Below, one piece after another: positions 1 through 14,349 of a stretch of 64,000 bases of DNA (positions are counted from its first letter, which is position 1; each line of letters opens with the position of its first letter). A model generated the notes under the pieces. It saw nothing but the letters and a program-made list of their open reading frames with translations. It had not been told where the DNA came from and ran no database searches. The translations under genes were made by a program, and so were the position numbers. The DNA lies in NCBI RefSeq assembly GCF_009914755.1, contig NC_060944.1; one strand, written 5' to 3'. This stretch comes from the human T2T-CHM13v2.0 reference genome, Homo sapiens.

Positions 1-3000
1 AGATCATGTTATCTGCAAAGAGAGACAATTTGACTTCTTGTTTTCCAATTTGAATACCTTTTATGTCTTTATCTTGTCTTATTGCTCTGGCTTGGATTTC
101 CAGTACTATGTCAAAAGAGTGTTGAAAATATATATCCTTGTCTTGCTCCAGTTCTTAGAGTAAAGGCTTTCAGCTTTTCTCCATGCAGTATGATGCTAGC
201 TAGCTGTGGGTTTGTCATATATAGCCTTTATTATGTTGAGATATGTTCCTTTTGTGCTTAGTTTGTTGAGAGTTTTAATCATGGAGGGATGTTGAATTTT
301 ATCAAATACTTTTTCTGTATCTATTGACACAGTTATATGGTTTTTGTTCATTTTGTTGATGTGATGTATCACAATTATTAGTTAGCATATGCTTAGTCAT
401 CCTGGCATCCCTGGGATAATTATCTGATCATTATGTAATATCTTTTTAATGTGCTGTTGAATTCAGTTTGCTAGTATTTTGTTGAGAATTTTTGCAGCTA
501 TGTTAATCAGGGATATTGGCCTGTAGCTTTCTTTTTTTGTTACATTTTTGCCTAGTTTTGGTATCAGGGTAATGCTGGCCTTGTAGAATGAATTAGAAAG
601 AATTTCCTCCTCTTCAACCTTTAGGAATAGTTTGAGGAGAATTGGTATTAATTCTTCTTTGTAAGTTTGATAGACTTAGGCAGTGAGGCTCTCTAGTTCT
701 GGACTTTTCTTTTTTTTGGGGGGAAAGCTTTTATTATTGATTCAATATTGTTACTCATTATTAGGCTATGTAGGTTTCCTATTTCTTCCTGATTCCACCT
801 TGGTAGGTTTCCAGGAATTTGTCTATTGCCTCTAGGTTGTCTAGGTTTTTAATGTATTGTGGTTCATAAAAGTGTATGATGATCTTTTGTATTTCTGTGT
901 TATGAGTTGTAATGTCTTCTTTTTCATTTCTGATTTTCTTTATTTGGGTCTTAAGTTTTTTCTTGGTTAGTTTAGATAGTGGTTTATTGATTTTATTTAT
1001 TCAAAAAATCAACTTTTTGTTTCATTCATTTATATTTTCTTTTAGTCTCCATTTGCCTAGTTCTGCTCTAACCTTTATTATTTCTTTTCTTCTGCAATTT
1101 TGGATTTGGTTTGTTCTTGCTTTTCTAGTTCCTTGAGGTATATCATTAGACTATTTATGTAAAATATTTCTACTTTTTTGATGTAGGCATTTATTGCTAT
1201 AAAATTTCCTCTTGGCACTAGTTATGTTGTATTTCATAGGTTTTGTATGTTGTGTTTCAATTTTTGTTTGTTTCAAGAATCTTTTATGTAATTCCTTAAT
1301 TTTTTCTTGACCTAATGGTCATTCAGGAGCAAGTTGCTTAATTTCCATGTACTTGTATAGTTCCCAAAGTTCTTGTTATTGGTTTCTAGTTTTATTACTT
1401 TTATTAATAATTTTTTATTACTAGTTTTATTTATTATTTTTGTCTTAGAAGATACTTATGATTTCAATTTTTAAAAATTTGTTGAGGCTTTTCTTGGGTC
1501 CTAACATATGGCCTACCCTGGAGAATGTTCCATGTGCTAATGAGAAGAATGTGTATTCTATAGCTGTTGGATATAATGTTCTGTAAATATCGGTTAGGTT
1601 CATTCAGTCTAAAGTGAAGTTCAAATCCAATGTTTCTTTTTTAATCTCTGTCCACATAATCTGTCTAATGACTAGAGTGGGGTATTGAAGTCTCCCACAA
1701 TTATCATATTATAGTTTTTCACTCCCTTAATAATATTTGCTTTATATACCTATATGCTCCAGATTTGAGTTCATATATGTTTAGAATTGTTAAGTCCTCT
1801 AAATTGATCCCTTTATCATTTTATAATGACCTTCTGTGTCTCTTTTTACTGATTTTGACTTACAGTGTGTTTTATGTGATATAAGTATATTTATTCCTCC
1901 TTGCTTTTCATTTCTGTTTGCATGGAAGATCTTTCTCATCCCTTTACTTTCAGTCTCAGTGTGTCTTTATGGGGGAAGTGAGTTTCTTGCAGGCAGCACA
2001 TTGTTTGGTTATGTTTTGTTACCTATTCAGCTAATCTGTTTCTTTTAAGTAGCATGTTTAATCCATATATGTTCAAAGTTATTATTAATATGTATGGGCT
2101 TATTATTTTAATTATATTAATTGTTTTCTGGTTGTTGTATATATCCTTTGTTCTTTTTTTCAGTTATTGTTTATAATTGTGGTTTTGTGTTTTTTTGTAG
2201 TTGTAACATTTGAGTTATTTATCTTTCTTACTTGTGTGTTTGTTTTTCCAGTGACTTTTATACTTCTGTGTGTTACTATGTAGATATTATTCTTTTGCTT
2301 CCAGGTATAGGACTCCCTTAAGCATTTCTTGTACGGCCAGTATAGTGGTGATTAATTCTCTCAGCTTTTACTTGTTTGGGAAATATTTTATTTTTTCTTC
2401 ATTTATGAATGGTAGTTTTTCTGAGTATTATATCCTTGCCTGGCAGTTTTTTTTTCTTTTAATACTTTGAACATATCATCCTATTCTTTTCTAACCTGTA
2501 AGATTTCTGCTGTGAAATCTAGTGTTAATCTGATGCAGCTTCCTTTATAGGTTTTTATACACTTTTCTCTTGCTGTTTTTAGAATTCTCTGTTTGTCTTT
2601 GTCTTCTGACAGTTTGTCTATAATGTACCATTGAGAATACCTTTGTGGTTGTATCTATTTGGGTATCTCTGAGCTTCCTGTACCTGGATGTCTAAGTCTC
2701 TTGCTGGACCTGAGAAGTTTTCAGCTATTATTTTGTTAAGTAGATTTTCTATGCCTTTGACCTTCTCTTCATTTTCTGTAACATTCAAAAATCAAATATT
2801 GGTCACTTTATGGTATCCCATATGCTATCTAGGCATTATTCGTTCTTTTTTATTTAGTTTTTAATTCATTTTTGTCTGATTTGATGATTTCAAAAGACCT
2901 GTCTTCAAGTTGTATGATTTTTTCTTCTGTTCGATCTTATCTCTTGTTGAAGACTTTGTATTTTTAATTTGATTCAAGAAATTCCTTAGTTTCAGGATTT

Positions 3001-4908
3001 TTCTCTGGTTCTTTTTTATAATACCTATCTCTTTGGTAAATTTTCATTAATATCTTGTGTTGCTTTTTCTGACTTCTTTGTATTATTTATCTGTGTTCTC
3101 TTGTATCTCACTTAGCTTTTTAAATATCAATATTTTGAATTCTTTTTCTGGCATTCCATACATTTCTTTTTCATTGAAATCTATTGTTAGAGAATTATTT
3201 TATTCCTTTGGAGGTGTCATATTTTCTTGCCTTTTTGTATTAGTCATGTATATTGATATCAGCATCTCTGGTTTAATAATAACTTCTTCCAGTTTATTGA
3301 ATTTGCTTTCATACAGGAAGGCTTTTTTTCTGGAGATATATCTATGGTGTTGGTTTGTTAGGGCACTGATTCTGGGTGTATGCAGTAGTGTCATCTCCAT
3401 ATAATGTTTTTGGAAGTAAACAGCATCAGTAATGTCTGTGATTTCCTTGGTGGCTTGTTAGTGGAGGATGTTGTGAAATATTGCTGGGGATGAGAATGTC
3501 TGGTACCCAGTCCTCAGGCCCCAGTAGTGGTAGTGGTGGGATGAGCATGCCTGTCCTTGTGCCCCAGGGCAGTGTACACTGACATTAGTGTTAGTGGGTT
3601 CAGGAGGACTGATTCTTGGGCCTCTAGGCAGCTTTCTCAGAGTGGGCAGTTGGGCAGGTCCTTGGGCACCTGGACTGTAGGTGTGGTGTGGGTGATTGAA
3701 GTAGCATTAGCATGACAACCCTCTGCCTCCCATGCAGACTATGCTGGTGTTCATGGTGGCTGCAAAGGCTGGGCATGCCAGTCACCAGTCCCACAGGTGG
3801 CATGTGTGGATGGATGTCAGCTGTGGTGGTAGCAACAGGTTGGATGAACCTGTCCTTAGGCCTGTTGGAGGAGTACTCATGCACCAATGGTGGTTGATGG
3901 GGAAGATGATTCCCAGGCCCCCACACAGCATGCTTGAGGATTTGGTGGGAGTGGAGCTGGGCTGGGTTGGTCTGTTTTCAGCACCCTCAGTAGTGCATGT
4001 GGGCACTGGCTATGGGGGACAAAGGATGGGTATTTCCTAGGCCCCTGGCAGTGTACTTGAGTGGAAGCAGCAGCAGCTACACTGTGGTCCTATTGCTGGG
4101 GAAGCGGGGGTTGCTTTCAGTGTCAGCAGCTGTAGGAAGGTGGCTGGGAAATACATGCTTCCATCCTAGGTGGTGGCTGTGGAGGGAGAAGCTTGTCTTT
4201 TAGGTGCTTGTAAATGTGTAGTAGCATCTATGCTGGGGGTTAGGGTCACTGCCAATCAGGCATACTTTGATACCTGATGTCAGCAGCCTGCAGTGGTGGC
4301 AGCTGTGGGTCAGGGAGTCTGTTTTTAGGACATGTGAAAATCCATGGTAGCCCCACTGCTGGGAGCTACAGATTTGCAGCCAATCAATGGCTCATTCTTC
4401 AGCCCTGGCCATTGCTGTAGTTAGGGGATATCACAGGGATCCAGGGATATGGAGATACAGGGGCTGAGTCATCAATACGATGGTGTGCTGTAGCTGCTTA
4501 AAGCCCACAGCTTGTGTGGGACTCAGCAGGAACTTCTGTTCTGATGTAATGCTATCGTGTGATGCCCAGACATCTTCTTCTGTTACTCTCAGGGCTTGAG
4601 AGGGTAGATGGGCTCTCTCATGGCTAGGATTGCTAGAGTTGCAGTGGAAATGTGGACCACTGGGGCTCTCTCACTTATACTTTCTCCACTTGGGGAGCTC
4701 CTCTGGGATCCCAGCTTATCCCAGCTGAGCAGGCTACTTCACTTTGCTCCTCTACCTTGCCTTAGGTGTTCCCTGTCACTTCTCTGTTGAATTATAGTGT
4801 TCTTTCTTAGATGATCTATTCAAAGTGTGGTTATCTACTCACTATTTTTGTTTTTCTCTGTGCAGGAGGTACCAGATGCCTCTAGTCAGCCGTCTTATAG
4901 CCCCTCCT
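1..4908 (-). mobile_element. Old L1 (L1MA/L1M2-type 5' end): 5'UTR (~3250-4908), ORF1 remnant (~2260-3240) and ORF2 remnant from endonuclease to RT, continuing left of the window
   Basis: Reverse complement of 1-39 reads [12 protein letters not shown] (RT FADD motif, decayed). ORF1 N-terminal-like RQENMTPPKE near 3200-3235. The 5' terminus reads GGAGGGGCTATAAGACGGCTGACTAGAGG, like the L1 AAGATGGC start. ORFs are heavily disrupted. Confidence 0.9.
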
Positions 4909-4919
4909 ATATCGTTTTA

Positions 4920-5110
4920 ATTTTTGTCTTGGTCAAACTTGCAAAAGGTTGTCTACTTTGTTGATGTTAAAATTTTTTCGTTTTATCGAATTTTGATTTT
5001 CTAATTCACACTTCAGGCTTTTATATTTATCCATTCTGTCCTTGTAGCTTAGTTGGATTTATTTTGTTGTTACTTCCTGTGCTTCTTTGTTTGACGTATT
5101 AGTTTACTTA
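4920..5110 (-). mobile_element. Degenerate L1 ORF2 fragment
   Basis: CTTGGTCAAACTTGCAAAAGGTTGTCTACTTTGTTGAT resembles the antisense of the ORF2 INKIDKPLARL segment. Confidence 0.5.
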
Positions 5111-6533
5111 TTTACATCCCCACCAGCAATGCACAAAAGTTCTAATTCCCCCACATCCTACCAACACTTGTTACTTTCTGTTTTGTTTTTTTTAATTATA
5201 AACATCCTAGTGGGTATAAAGTAACATCTCACTGTGGTTTTTATTTTATTTGTATTTTCATAATGAATACTGATATTTAGCATCTTTTCATAGGCCATTG
5301 GCTATTTATGTATCTTCTTTGGAGAACCATCTTTTGAAATTTTTTGCCCATTTTTATTGTTTTATTTTAATTGGTGAATTATAAGAATTCTGGATACTCT
5401 GGATACCAGATACTTGTCAGACACATGACTTGCAAATATTTTCTCCAATTTTGTGTTTGTGTTGGTTGTGTTTTCATACTTGTGATAGTATTCTGTGACA
5501 CACAAGAATTTCAAATTTTTACAATTCAATTTATCTGTTTTTCATTGCTTGTACTTTTGGTGTTATATCTAAGAAACCATTGCCTAATACAAGATCATAA
5601 AGATTTACATCTAAGTTTCTTCTGAGGCTTCTGTACATATTGCTCTTATATTTAGATCCTAGATCAACTTTGTATTCATTTTTGTATGTGGTATTAGGTA
5701 GGGTTCAAATTTATTTTTTTGCATGTGGATATCCAGTTATCCCAGCATTATTTGTTGAAAAGATGATTCTTTTCCAAATTGAATTGACTCTATTATTGAT
5801 AATCAATTGGCTAATAATATGTGGGTTTATTTCTGGAATCTTAATTCTAATCCATTGATTTTTATGTCTATGCTTACACCAGGAGCACACTGTTTTCATT
5901 TTTGTAGCTTTTTAGAGAGTTTTGAAATCAATAGGTGTCTTTCAATTTTGTTCACCTTTTCAAAAATAATTTTGGTTATTCTTGAGTTTGCACATAAAAT
6001 TTGGAATTTCTGAAAAAACAAAAACTGAGATTTTTATAGGGCTTGTATTGAATTTTTATATCAGTTTTGGGAATATTGTCATCTTAACAATATTGAGTCT
6101 TCCAATCCATGTATATGGATGTCTTTTCATTTATTTATGTCTTTAAAATTTTTTTTAAATAATGTCCTGTAGTTTTCATTAAATATCTTACACTTCTTTG
6201 GTCAAATTTATTCTTAAATATATTATAATTTTTGATATTACTGTAAATGATATTATTTTATTTTACTTTCTGATTGCTCATTGCTATTGTATAGAAATTT
6301 AACTGATTTTTTTGTTGATCTTGAATCTTGCAAATTTGCTTGAATATTTATTAGCTTTAATAGTTGTGTTTTTTGGTGAATTATTGAGGATTTCATATGT
6401 ATAATATCTTGTCATCTGCCAATGCAGATTAGTTTAATTCTTCTTTTCCAGTTTAAATGACTTTTATTTCTTTTTATTGCCTAATTAGATAGAACTTCTG
6501 TTTAATGTTGAATACAAATGATGAGAGTGGTTA

Positions 6534-6948
<415 letters not shown>

Positions 6949-7310
6949 CTATGGCAGTTTCCTTTTATTCCTAGTTTGCTGAGAGTTTTTATCATAAAAG
7001 ATTGCTGGGTGATGTCAATTTTGTTTTACTATGTTTGTTGAAATGTTTATGTGGTTCTTTTTTTATTCTAGTAGAAAGGTATATTTCCCTGACTGATTTT
7101 TTTTTATGTCGAACAAACCTTGCACTCCTGGGATAAATCCCACATGGTAATGGTATGTAAGTTTTTCTTTTAATGCTTCTGGTATGTAAGTTATTCTTCC
7201 AATTTGTTAGCATTTTGTTGAGTATTTTTTGCATGTATATTCATAAGAGCTATTGGTCTATAGTTTTATTTTCTGAGATTTTTTTTCTTGTTTTGGTATA
7301 AAGATATTAG

Positions 7311-7662
<352 letters not shown>

Positions 7663-8608
7663 TGTTCCTCTCTTTTATGTATTGAAAGAGTTTGTGGAGG
7701 ATTGGTGTTCATTCTTTAAATATTCAGTTGAATTTACCATTGAAACCATGGAGTCCTGGCTAAACAAGCCTGGGGTTGGTTTTGTTGAAAACTTTTTGAT
7801 TGTAACTCAATAGCTTTTCTTGTCATCTCCTCTTTCATTTGTGATGTTAGTAATCCTGTCACTTTTTTTCTTGGTTGATCTAGCTAAAGATTTATCAATT
7901 TTGTTGACCTTCTGAAAGAATCAATATTTATTTTTGTTGATTTGATCTATTGATTTTGTTTTCAGATTATTTATTTATTTCTGCCTTAATCTTTATTTTT
8001 TCCTTCCTTCTGTTTGCTTTGGGTTTAATTTTATCTTATTTTCTAGGTTTTTTTTTTTTTTTTTGGTGGTAGGCTGGTTATTGATTTGAGATCTTTTTTT
8101 TGTTTTAATGTTGTTTATAGCTGTAAATTTCTCTTAGTATTGCCTTCATGGCATCCCATAAGTTTTTGTATATTATTTTTTATTCATATTATGGTATATC
8201 CTAATGACTTTGACTAAGAGGTTGCTTAGAAATAATGTTTAATTTCCACATATTGGTAAATATTTTAAATTTCTGCCTTTGATTGATATCTGATTTCATT
8301 CATTTGTGGCTGAAGACTATACATTATGTGATTTCAATTATTTTAAATGTTTTAGGATTTGTTTTATGACCTAAGATAACATACTCTGGAGAATATTCCA
8401 TGGGCACTTGAGAATAATGTATATTCTGGTGTTGCTTGGTGAGGTGTTCTATAGATGTCTGTTAGGTCTATATTCTGGTTTTGCTGGGTGGATTGTTCTA
8501 CAAATGTCTGTTAGGCCTAGTTGGTTCATAGTGTCATTTGAGTCTTCTATTTTATTTCCTATTTTTTGTCTGGTTGTTCTATGCATATGCATTACTGACA
8601 ATGAAGTA

Positions 8609-8841
8609 CAGTTTGATCATCCCAAATCCAAAATCCAGAATCTGAACTACTTCAAAATTAGAAACTTCTTGAGTACCAACATGATGTTCAAAGGAGATCA
8701 CTGGAGCATTGTGAATTTTGATACTTTTGGGTTTGTGATGCTTAACCAGTAAGAATAATGTGAATATTCCAAAATCTGAAAAAATCTGAAACTTGAAACA
8801 CTTCTGGTCCAAAGCATTTTGAATAAGGGAAAATCAACCCA
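8609..8841 (+). mobile_element. Tigger4a (MER46A) non-autonomous Tc1/mariner DNA transposon
   Basis: Degenerate terminal inverted repeats (CAGTTTGATCATCCC...GGGAAAATCAACCCA) flanked by TA. Internal AATCTGAAA/ATGATGTTCAAAGGA pattern; ~233 bp. Confidence 0.88.
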
Positions 8842-9133
8842 TATTAAAATGGCCAATTAATATTGTTGAATTGTCTATTCCTCTGATTCTGTCAGGTTTT
8901 GCTTCACGTGTTTTGGGGCTCTTTAGTTAGGTGCATATATGTTATAATTGCTATGTCCTCTTGACAGGTTAAGAATTTTATCATTATAAAATTTTCTTCT
9001 TTTTCTCTCATTACAACTTTTGTCATAAATTCTATTTTGTCTGGTATTAGTATAGCCACTTCAGCTTTCTTTTGGTTACTGTTTGCATAGAATATCTTTT
9101 TCTATTCTTTCTTTAGTAAAAATAAAATCTTTC

Positions 9134-9445
9134 GGCCGGGCGCGGTGGCTCACGCCTGTAATCCCAGCACTTTGGGAGGCCGAGGCGGGCGGATCACGAG
9201 GTCAGGAGATCGAGACCATCCTGGCTAACACGGTGAAACCCCGTCTCTACTAAAAATACAAAAAATTAGCCGGGCGAGGTGGCGGGCACCTGTAGTCCCA
9301 GCTACTCGGGAGGCTGAGGCAGGAGAATGGCGTGAACCCCAGGGGGCGGAGCCTGCAGTGAGCCGAGATTGCGCCACTGCACTCCAGCCTGGGCGACAGC
9401 AAGACTCCGTCTCAAAAAAAAAAATAAAATAAAATAAAAATAAAA
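9134..9445 (+). mobile_element. Young AluY, AluYe5-like
   Basis: CpG-rich and near-consensus. Diagnostic GGGCGAGGTGG, AACCCCAGGGGGCGGAGCCTGC and GACAGC(A)AGACTCC. Perfect 16-bp TSD AAAAATAAAATCTTTC (9118-9133 / 9446-9461). Confidence 0.93.
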
Positions 9446-9810
9446 AAAAATAAAATCTTTCCATATACTTGTCTTTGCATCTAAGATGAATCTCTCATAG
9501 ATTCCAATCTCTTTATTAGAATGTTTTGTCCATTTACATTTAATATAATTACGGATGAAAGAGGATTTACTTTTTCCATTTTGCTGTTTGTTTTCTATAC
9601 TTCTTACATCTTTTTTGTTTCTCCATTTCTCCATTCCTGCTTTTTCTTGTGTACTAGATAATTTCTAGTGTACCATTGTAATTCCCTTGTAATTTATTTT
9701 ACTATTTTTTCAGTTATTTTTATTATGGTTGTGCTCATGATTACAATTAACATATTAATATATAGCAATCTATTTCATATTAATGCCAACTTTATTTCAA
9801 TAAGTTTCTG

Positions 9811-9988
9811 CCAAGTTTTGTATATCCACTTATTTGTTGATGGACGTTTGAGTTGTTTCTACCTTTTGACTTTGGTTGATAAGGCTGCTATGAACATTGT
9901 GGTACAAGTATCTGTTTGGGTCTTTGCTTTAAATTCTTTTGAGTGTATACTTAAGAGTGAAATTTCTGTATCATAATTCTATGTTTAA
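9811..9988 (-). mobile_element. Orphan L1MB-type ORF2-end fragment
   Basis: TATCCACTTATTTGTTGATGGACGTTTGAGTTGTTTC...GCTGCTATGAACATTG matches the antisense of the L1 ORF2 C-terminal region. Confidence 0.75.
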
Positions 9989-10847
9989 AAACAACAAAAA
10001 TGTTATTTTATACAGATCTATTCCCCCTTTTTATACTGTTATGATCAGAAATTACATCTTTATATCTTTGTGGCCATAAACATAAATTTTTAATTATTGC
10101 TTTATGCAGTTGTATTTTAAATCAGACAGAAAAAAATAATTACAAAGAAAATTTATACTGTCTCTTATATTTACCTGGATAGGCAACTTTGTTGGTGTTC
10201 TTCATTTTTTCATGTGAATTTGAATTTCAGTCTTGTGACCTTTCCTTTCAATCTGAGGAATTTCCTTTAGTTTTTCTTGTTGGGCAGTTCTTCTAATTAT
10301 AAATGCCTTCAGTTTTTATTTATCTGGAAGTGCCTTTATTTCTTTCATTTTTGAAGGATAGGTAGGTATAAAATTCTTGACTGACAGTATTATTATTTCA
10401 GCATTTTGAATAAGTTGTCTGATTGTCCTCTGGCCTTCATAATCTTTCATGAAAAATCAGCTATTTATCTTATTAGGGGGTCCTTTGTCATGATGAGTTG
10501 TTTTTCTCTTACTGCTTTTAAGATTCTCTCTTTGTGTTTGTCTTTTGCCAGTTTGATTTGGTTTGTCTAGGTGCTGATCTCTTTAGCTTTATTCTATGTG
10601 GAGTCCACTGAGCTTCTTGGATGTGTAGATTAATGATTTTTTAAATAAAATTTAGGGATTTCTAAATTAGAGATTTCTATTTAGCCATTATTTCTTCAGA
10701 TACTCTTTCTGTTACTTTCTCTCTCTATTCTCCCTTTGTTATTCTTATTATGTGTAAGTTGTTATGCTGGATGGTGTCTTATAGTTCTCTAAAGCTCTGC
10801 TCACTCTTTTTTATTCTTTTTCCTATCACTCAGGCTACATTATGTTA

Positions 10848-11068
10848 TTTTTTAATTTTTAAAATCTAATTATTTTTTAATTGACAAGTAATAATTGTAC
10901 ATATTTACAGGGGGTACATAGTGATATTTTGATACATATAATGTATAGTGATCAGATCAATGTAGTTCACATATACATCATCTCAAACATTTATCATTTC
11001 TTTGTGTTGGGAACATTCAATATCCTCCCTCTAGCTACTTAAAACTATGTATTATTTTTAACTATAGT
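10848..11068 (-). mobile_element. L1MA-type 3' end (5'-truncated)
   Basis: TTTTTTAATTGACAAGTAATAATTGTACATATTT...ATCTCAAACATTTATCATTTCTTTGTGTTGGGAACATTC is typical of an L1MA4-6 3'UTR. Confidence 0.85.
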
Positions 11069-11849
11069 ATTTGTGACTATTACTTTGTGTTTGAAAATAA
11101 TGCATGCTCTTTCTTTGCTACATTCAGGAATCTACATATGTCTTAATATAATGTTTAGTCATATAGGCTCTAGCTTTGCACAGGTGTGATTCCTTTTAAA
11201 TTGTTGCTATCTGAAAGGAATGTTTAAAAGTTTTCCTCAGCAATTGTGGATTTGTCAATTTTTCTTTTGATTTATATAATCTCTGTTTTGTATACTTTAG
11301 TGATATATGATTCGGTATATCATGATTGATGATTGTAGCATATTTTATAAATTTCATCTTTGATCAATATGTGTCATTCTAAATTATTTTATATAATGTT
11401 ATTTTGCCTAAATAACATTTATATAGTTCCTCTTTGTTGATATACACAAATGAAGTTAAATATATATTGAATTATATATGCATATATACATATATAATTT
11501 TAAAATTTCACTTTAGTCATTTTGTACTAAATATATCTCTTATAAATATTATTTAACTAAATTTTTTTGTCTATGTAAACAAAAGCAGAACATTTCTCCT
11601 TTTGAATAAGTGAGTTTACCTAATTCCCAATTGGTTTTGAAAAGTCTAAAACAAATTTTTGTTTGTACATTCACTCTCTCCATTTTTAAACCAAAATTTC
11701 TATTAGGTGGATACTGGAATTTCTGGCTCTATTGTAAATATATTCTATCTTTTATGTCATACTTTTAGTCTTTTGGTATTTTGTCATCTGTTCCATGAGC
11801 ATTCCTGGGCGTCACATTCCAGCTCACTAATTGTCTCTATTTTGTTAAG

Positions 11850-12660
11850 TTTCAAAAATTGTGATAAAGTATACATAACATAAAATTTACAATCTTAACA
11901 ATTTTTAAGTGTAAATTTCAGCGGCATTGAGTGTATTCACAGTGTTGTAAAACTATCATCATTATCTATTTTCAGAACTTTAAAAATCATCCCAAACAGA
12001 TCTATGTACCTGTTGAGCAATAATTCCCCATTCTTTACACCCCTCAGCTCCTGGTAACCTCGATTCTACATTGTCTCTACAAATTTGCCTATTCTAGGGT
12101 ACCTAATGTAAGTAGAATCATACAATATTTGTCCTCTTATGTCTGTATATTTTACTTAGCATAATTTTATTAAAGTTCATTTATTTTTAATCATATATTA
12201 AAATTGTATTATTAAGACTGAATAATATTCCATTGTAAGTTTATACCACATTTTGTTATCCATTTATATGTTGATGGAGATTTGCCCTGGGCATTTCTCT
12301 GTTGGTAGTTTTTTGATTACTGATTCAATTTCCATATAAGTTATATGCCCATTAAGATTTTCTATTTCTTCATGCATCAGTCTTGGTAGGTTGGGTGTTT
12401 CTAGAAGTCTGTTCATTTTGCCTAGTTTATGCCATCTGTTGGAGTACAATTTTTTTGTAATGCTCTTTTATAACCTTTTTTGTTTCTGTAAAATTGGTAG
12501 TGATGTCCCCATTTTATTTTAGATTTTGGTAATTTGAGACATTTTTATTTCTTAGTCAATCTAGCTAAAGGTATGTTAATTTTGTTAATCTTTTTGAAGA
12601 ACCAGACTAGTTCATTGATGTTAGCTATTGTTTTTCTATCTTCTAGTTTATTTACCTACA
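11850..12660 (-). mobile_element. L1MB-type 3'UTR (11850-12285) fused to a mid-ORF2 fragment (12286-12660)
   Basis: ACATAACATAAAATTTACAATCTTAACAATTTTTAAGTGTA is an L1MB 3'-end signature. The 12264-12449 ORF translates NLPRLMHEEIENLN...KKLPTEKCPG, an ORF2 remnant. Confidence 0.8.
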
Positions 12661-12719
12661 CTCTTGCTTGAATAGAAACCACTTAAAATGTTCATTTTCT
12701 TTTTTTCACACTTTAGGAG

Positions 12720-12930
12720 AAGGGCCTGTAAATTACTATCTGTGGATCAAATCTTGCCTGCCACTTGTTTTGTAAATAAAGTTTTATTGGAATATATGCA
12801 TGCTCATTTGTTTATGTACTGTTTTCATGTTGCAGTGGCAGAGTTGAGTAGTTCTAACATAGACTGTATGGCTTCCAAAGCCTAAAATATTTACTATTTT
12901 GCTCTTTACAAAAAAGTTTGCTGACTCCTG
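12720..12930 (+). mobile_element. MER58A (hAT-Charlie MITE)
   Basis: TTTTGTAAATAAAGTTTTATTGGAA...GGCAGAGTTGAGTAGTT...AAAGCCTAAAATATTTACTAT...AAAAGTTTGCTGACTCCTG. Confidence 0.9.
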
Positions 12931-13459
12931 CTCTAAGAAGCTTTCAAATAGATTTATATCTAAAATGCAGCAATGGCCAAATTTATAGTAATGATTTCTT
13001 TTGCCAGGAAGATGGAAGGTTTTCTTACTGTAAAACATTTGCAGATTTTAATACTTCTCTCTGCCATGCCTTGTTTAACAGACAGATAGGCATGGAGAAG
13101 GCACCATGTGGCAGTAAGGGAGGTGGGTGCTAAGGGTGTATCACAACACTGGGAAGCATATTCCTTAACATTAGGAGTTTATGTGATTTAGCTGAAGAGA
13201 GAACACCTGTATTAGTTAAAAGGGAATATTTAGCAGCATTTAAACAAAAGCTATTTCACATGTCACTAAGTATACTATAAGAATTTCCAGAAAGAAGTAT
13301 CATCCTTTGTCTAATAGTTCAGAGGATTTCTATTAGTAAATGAAAAATGACAGCCTCATTTTATCCTCCAAATATGTCAAAATTATCTTGAGTTGTTGGG
13401 TACCAGAACTGATAGGTGTCATGTATTTAAGCCCATTTGAAAAATACATTTCAATAATG

Positions 13460-13483
13460 GAGTGAGACTCTGTCTCAAAAAAA
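13460..13483 (+). mobile_element. Isolated 24-bp Alu 3' terminus
   Basis: GAGTGAGACTCTGTCTC plus A7 with no Alu body upstream. Confidence 0.6.
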
Positions 13484-14349
13484 TTTCAAATGTCTTTTCT
13501 CAATTGAAAAAACCTATTATTTCTAGATAGATAAGTAAATAACCTTTGCAAACTCGAGCCACACTTTTCCCCTTTCTTTTAAAATTCTGCTTAATATAAT
13601 TGAAAACTGAAGTCTGACTCTCCAAGCCTATAAGGGATAAAAGAGAGACAGGATAGATAGAAATAACTGGCAACGAGGAGTTACTGGGCTTTGGCTCCAT
13701 GGGAGACAATAGTGGTTTCATAGAAGGCAATGGTGGACTCTTAGTCAACTGAAGCTTGGGTGGAACTTAGCTGCATAATTAAGAAGCTGAATCTGTTTTA
13801 TTTTATTTTTCTATAACATAAAGAGTGTGAAAAGGTCATTTTAATGTTCAGAGAGTGGCTTCTCTTGGAAAATATCCCCGAACATACCATGGAGCAGTGT
13901 CAACTGTAGTATAAAATGTCCTAGAAATCTTGCAATTTATGAGTTTAATGGCACACCTGAGGATTACGAGGTTTTTTCCGTCCACTCATAATAGCCCGGT
14001 GACTGATTTAGCAGAGAGGAAGCAAAATGAACAATCTTGATCACCTTTTAACATTTTTCCTGTCTTGCTGACTTCAGAGCTTTAGGGGTACAGCATTTGC
14101 AGGAATTGTATGTCTTTTTGGCAATACTTTAAAATCAAACTCAAAAGATGAAGAAGAAAAATGGTTATTAGATAGTTATAAATATGTCATTATTTGCAAA
14201 TGGTATTGCTTTGTGGATATGAAGCTCTTCATTGCTCATCTGTTTTTAAGTTCAACGATCCACATATAAAGGTGTAAGGACTTATTGACATTGTGCTTCC
14301 TCTCTGTTGACACCATTAGCCCGAGAACTAAGGACAATGGATAGCTGTA

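Noticed and set aside
3624-4790. Cluster of overlapping 60-102-aa ORFs in GC-richer DNA (similar cluster at 42546-43601)
   Set aside because: They lie in old L1 5'UTRs, where higher GC lowers stop frequency, and show no recognisable protein similarity.
11470-11499. Small AT-rich inverted repeat
   Set aside because: Low-complexity (TA)n context makes it expected by chance.
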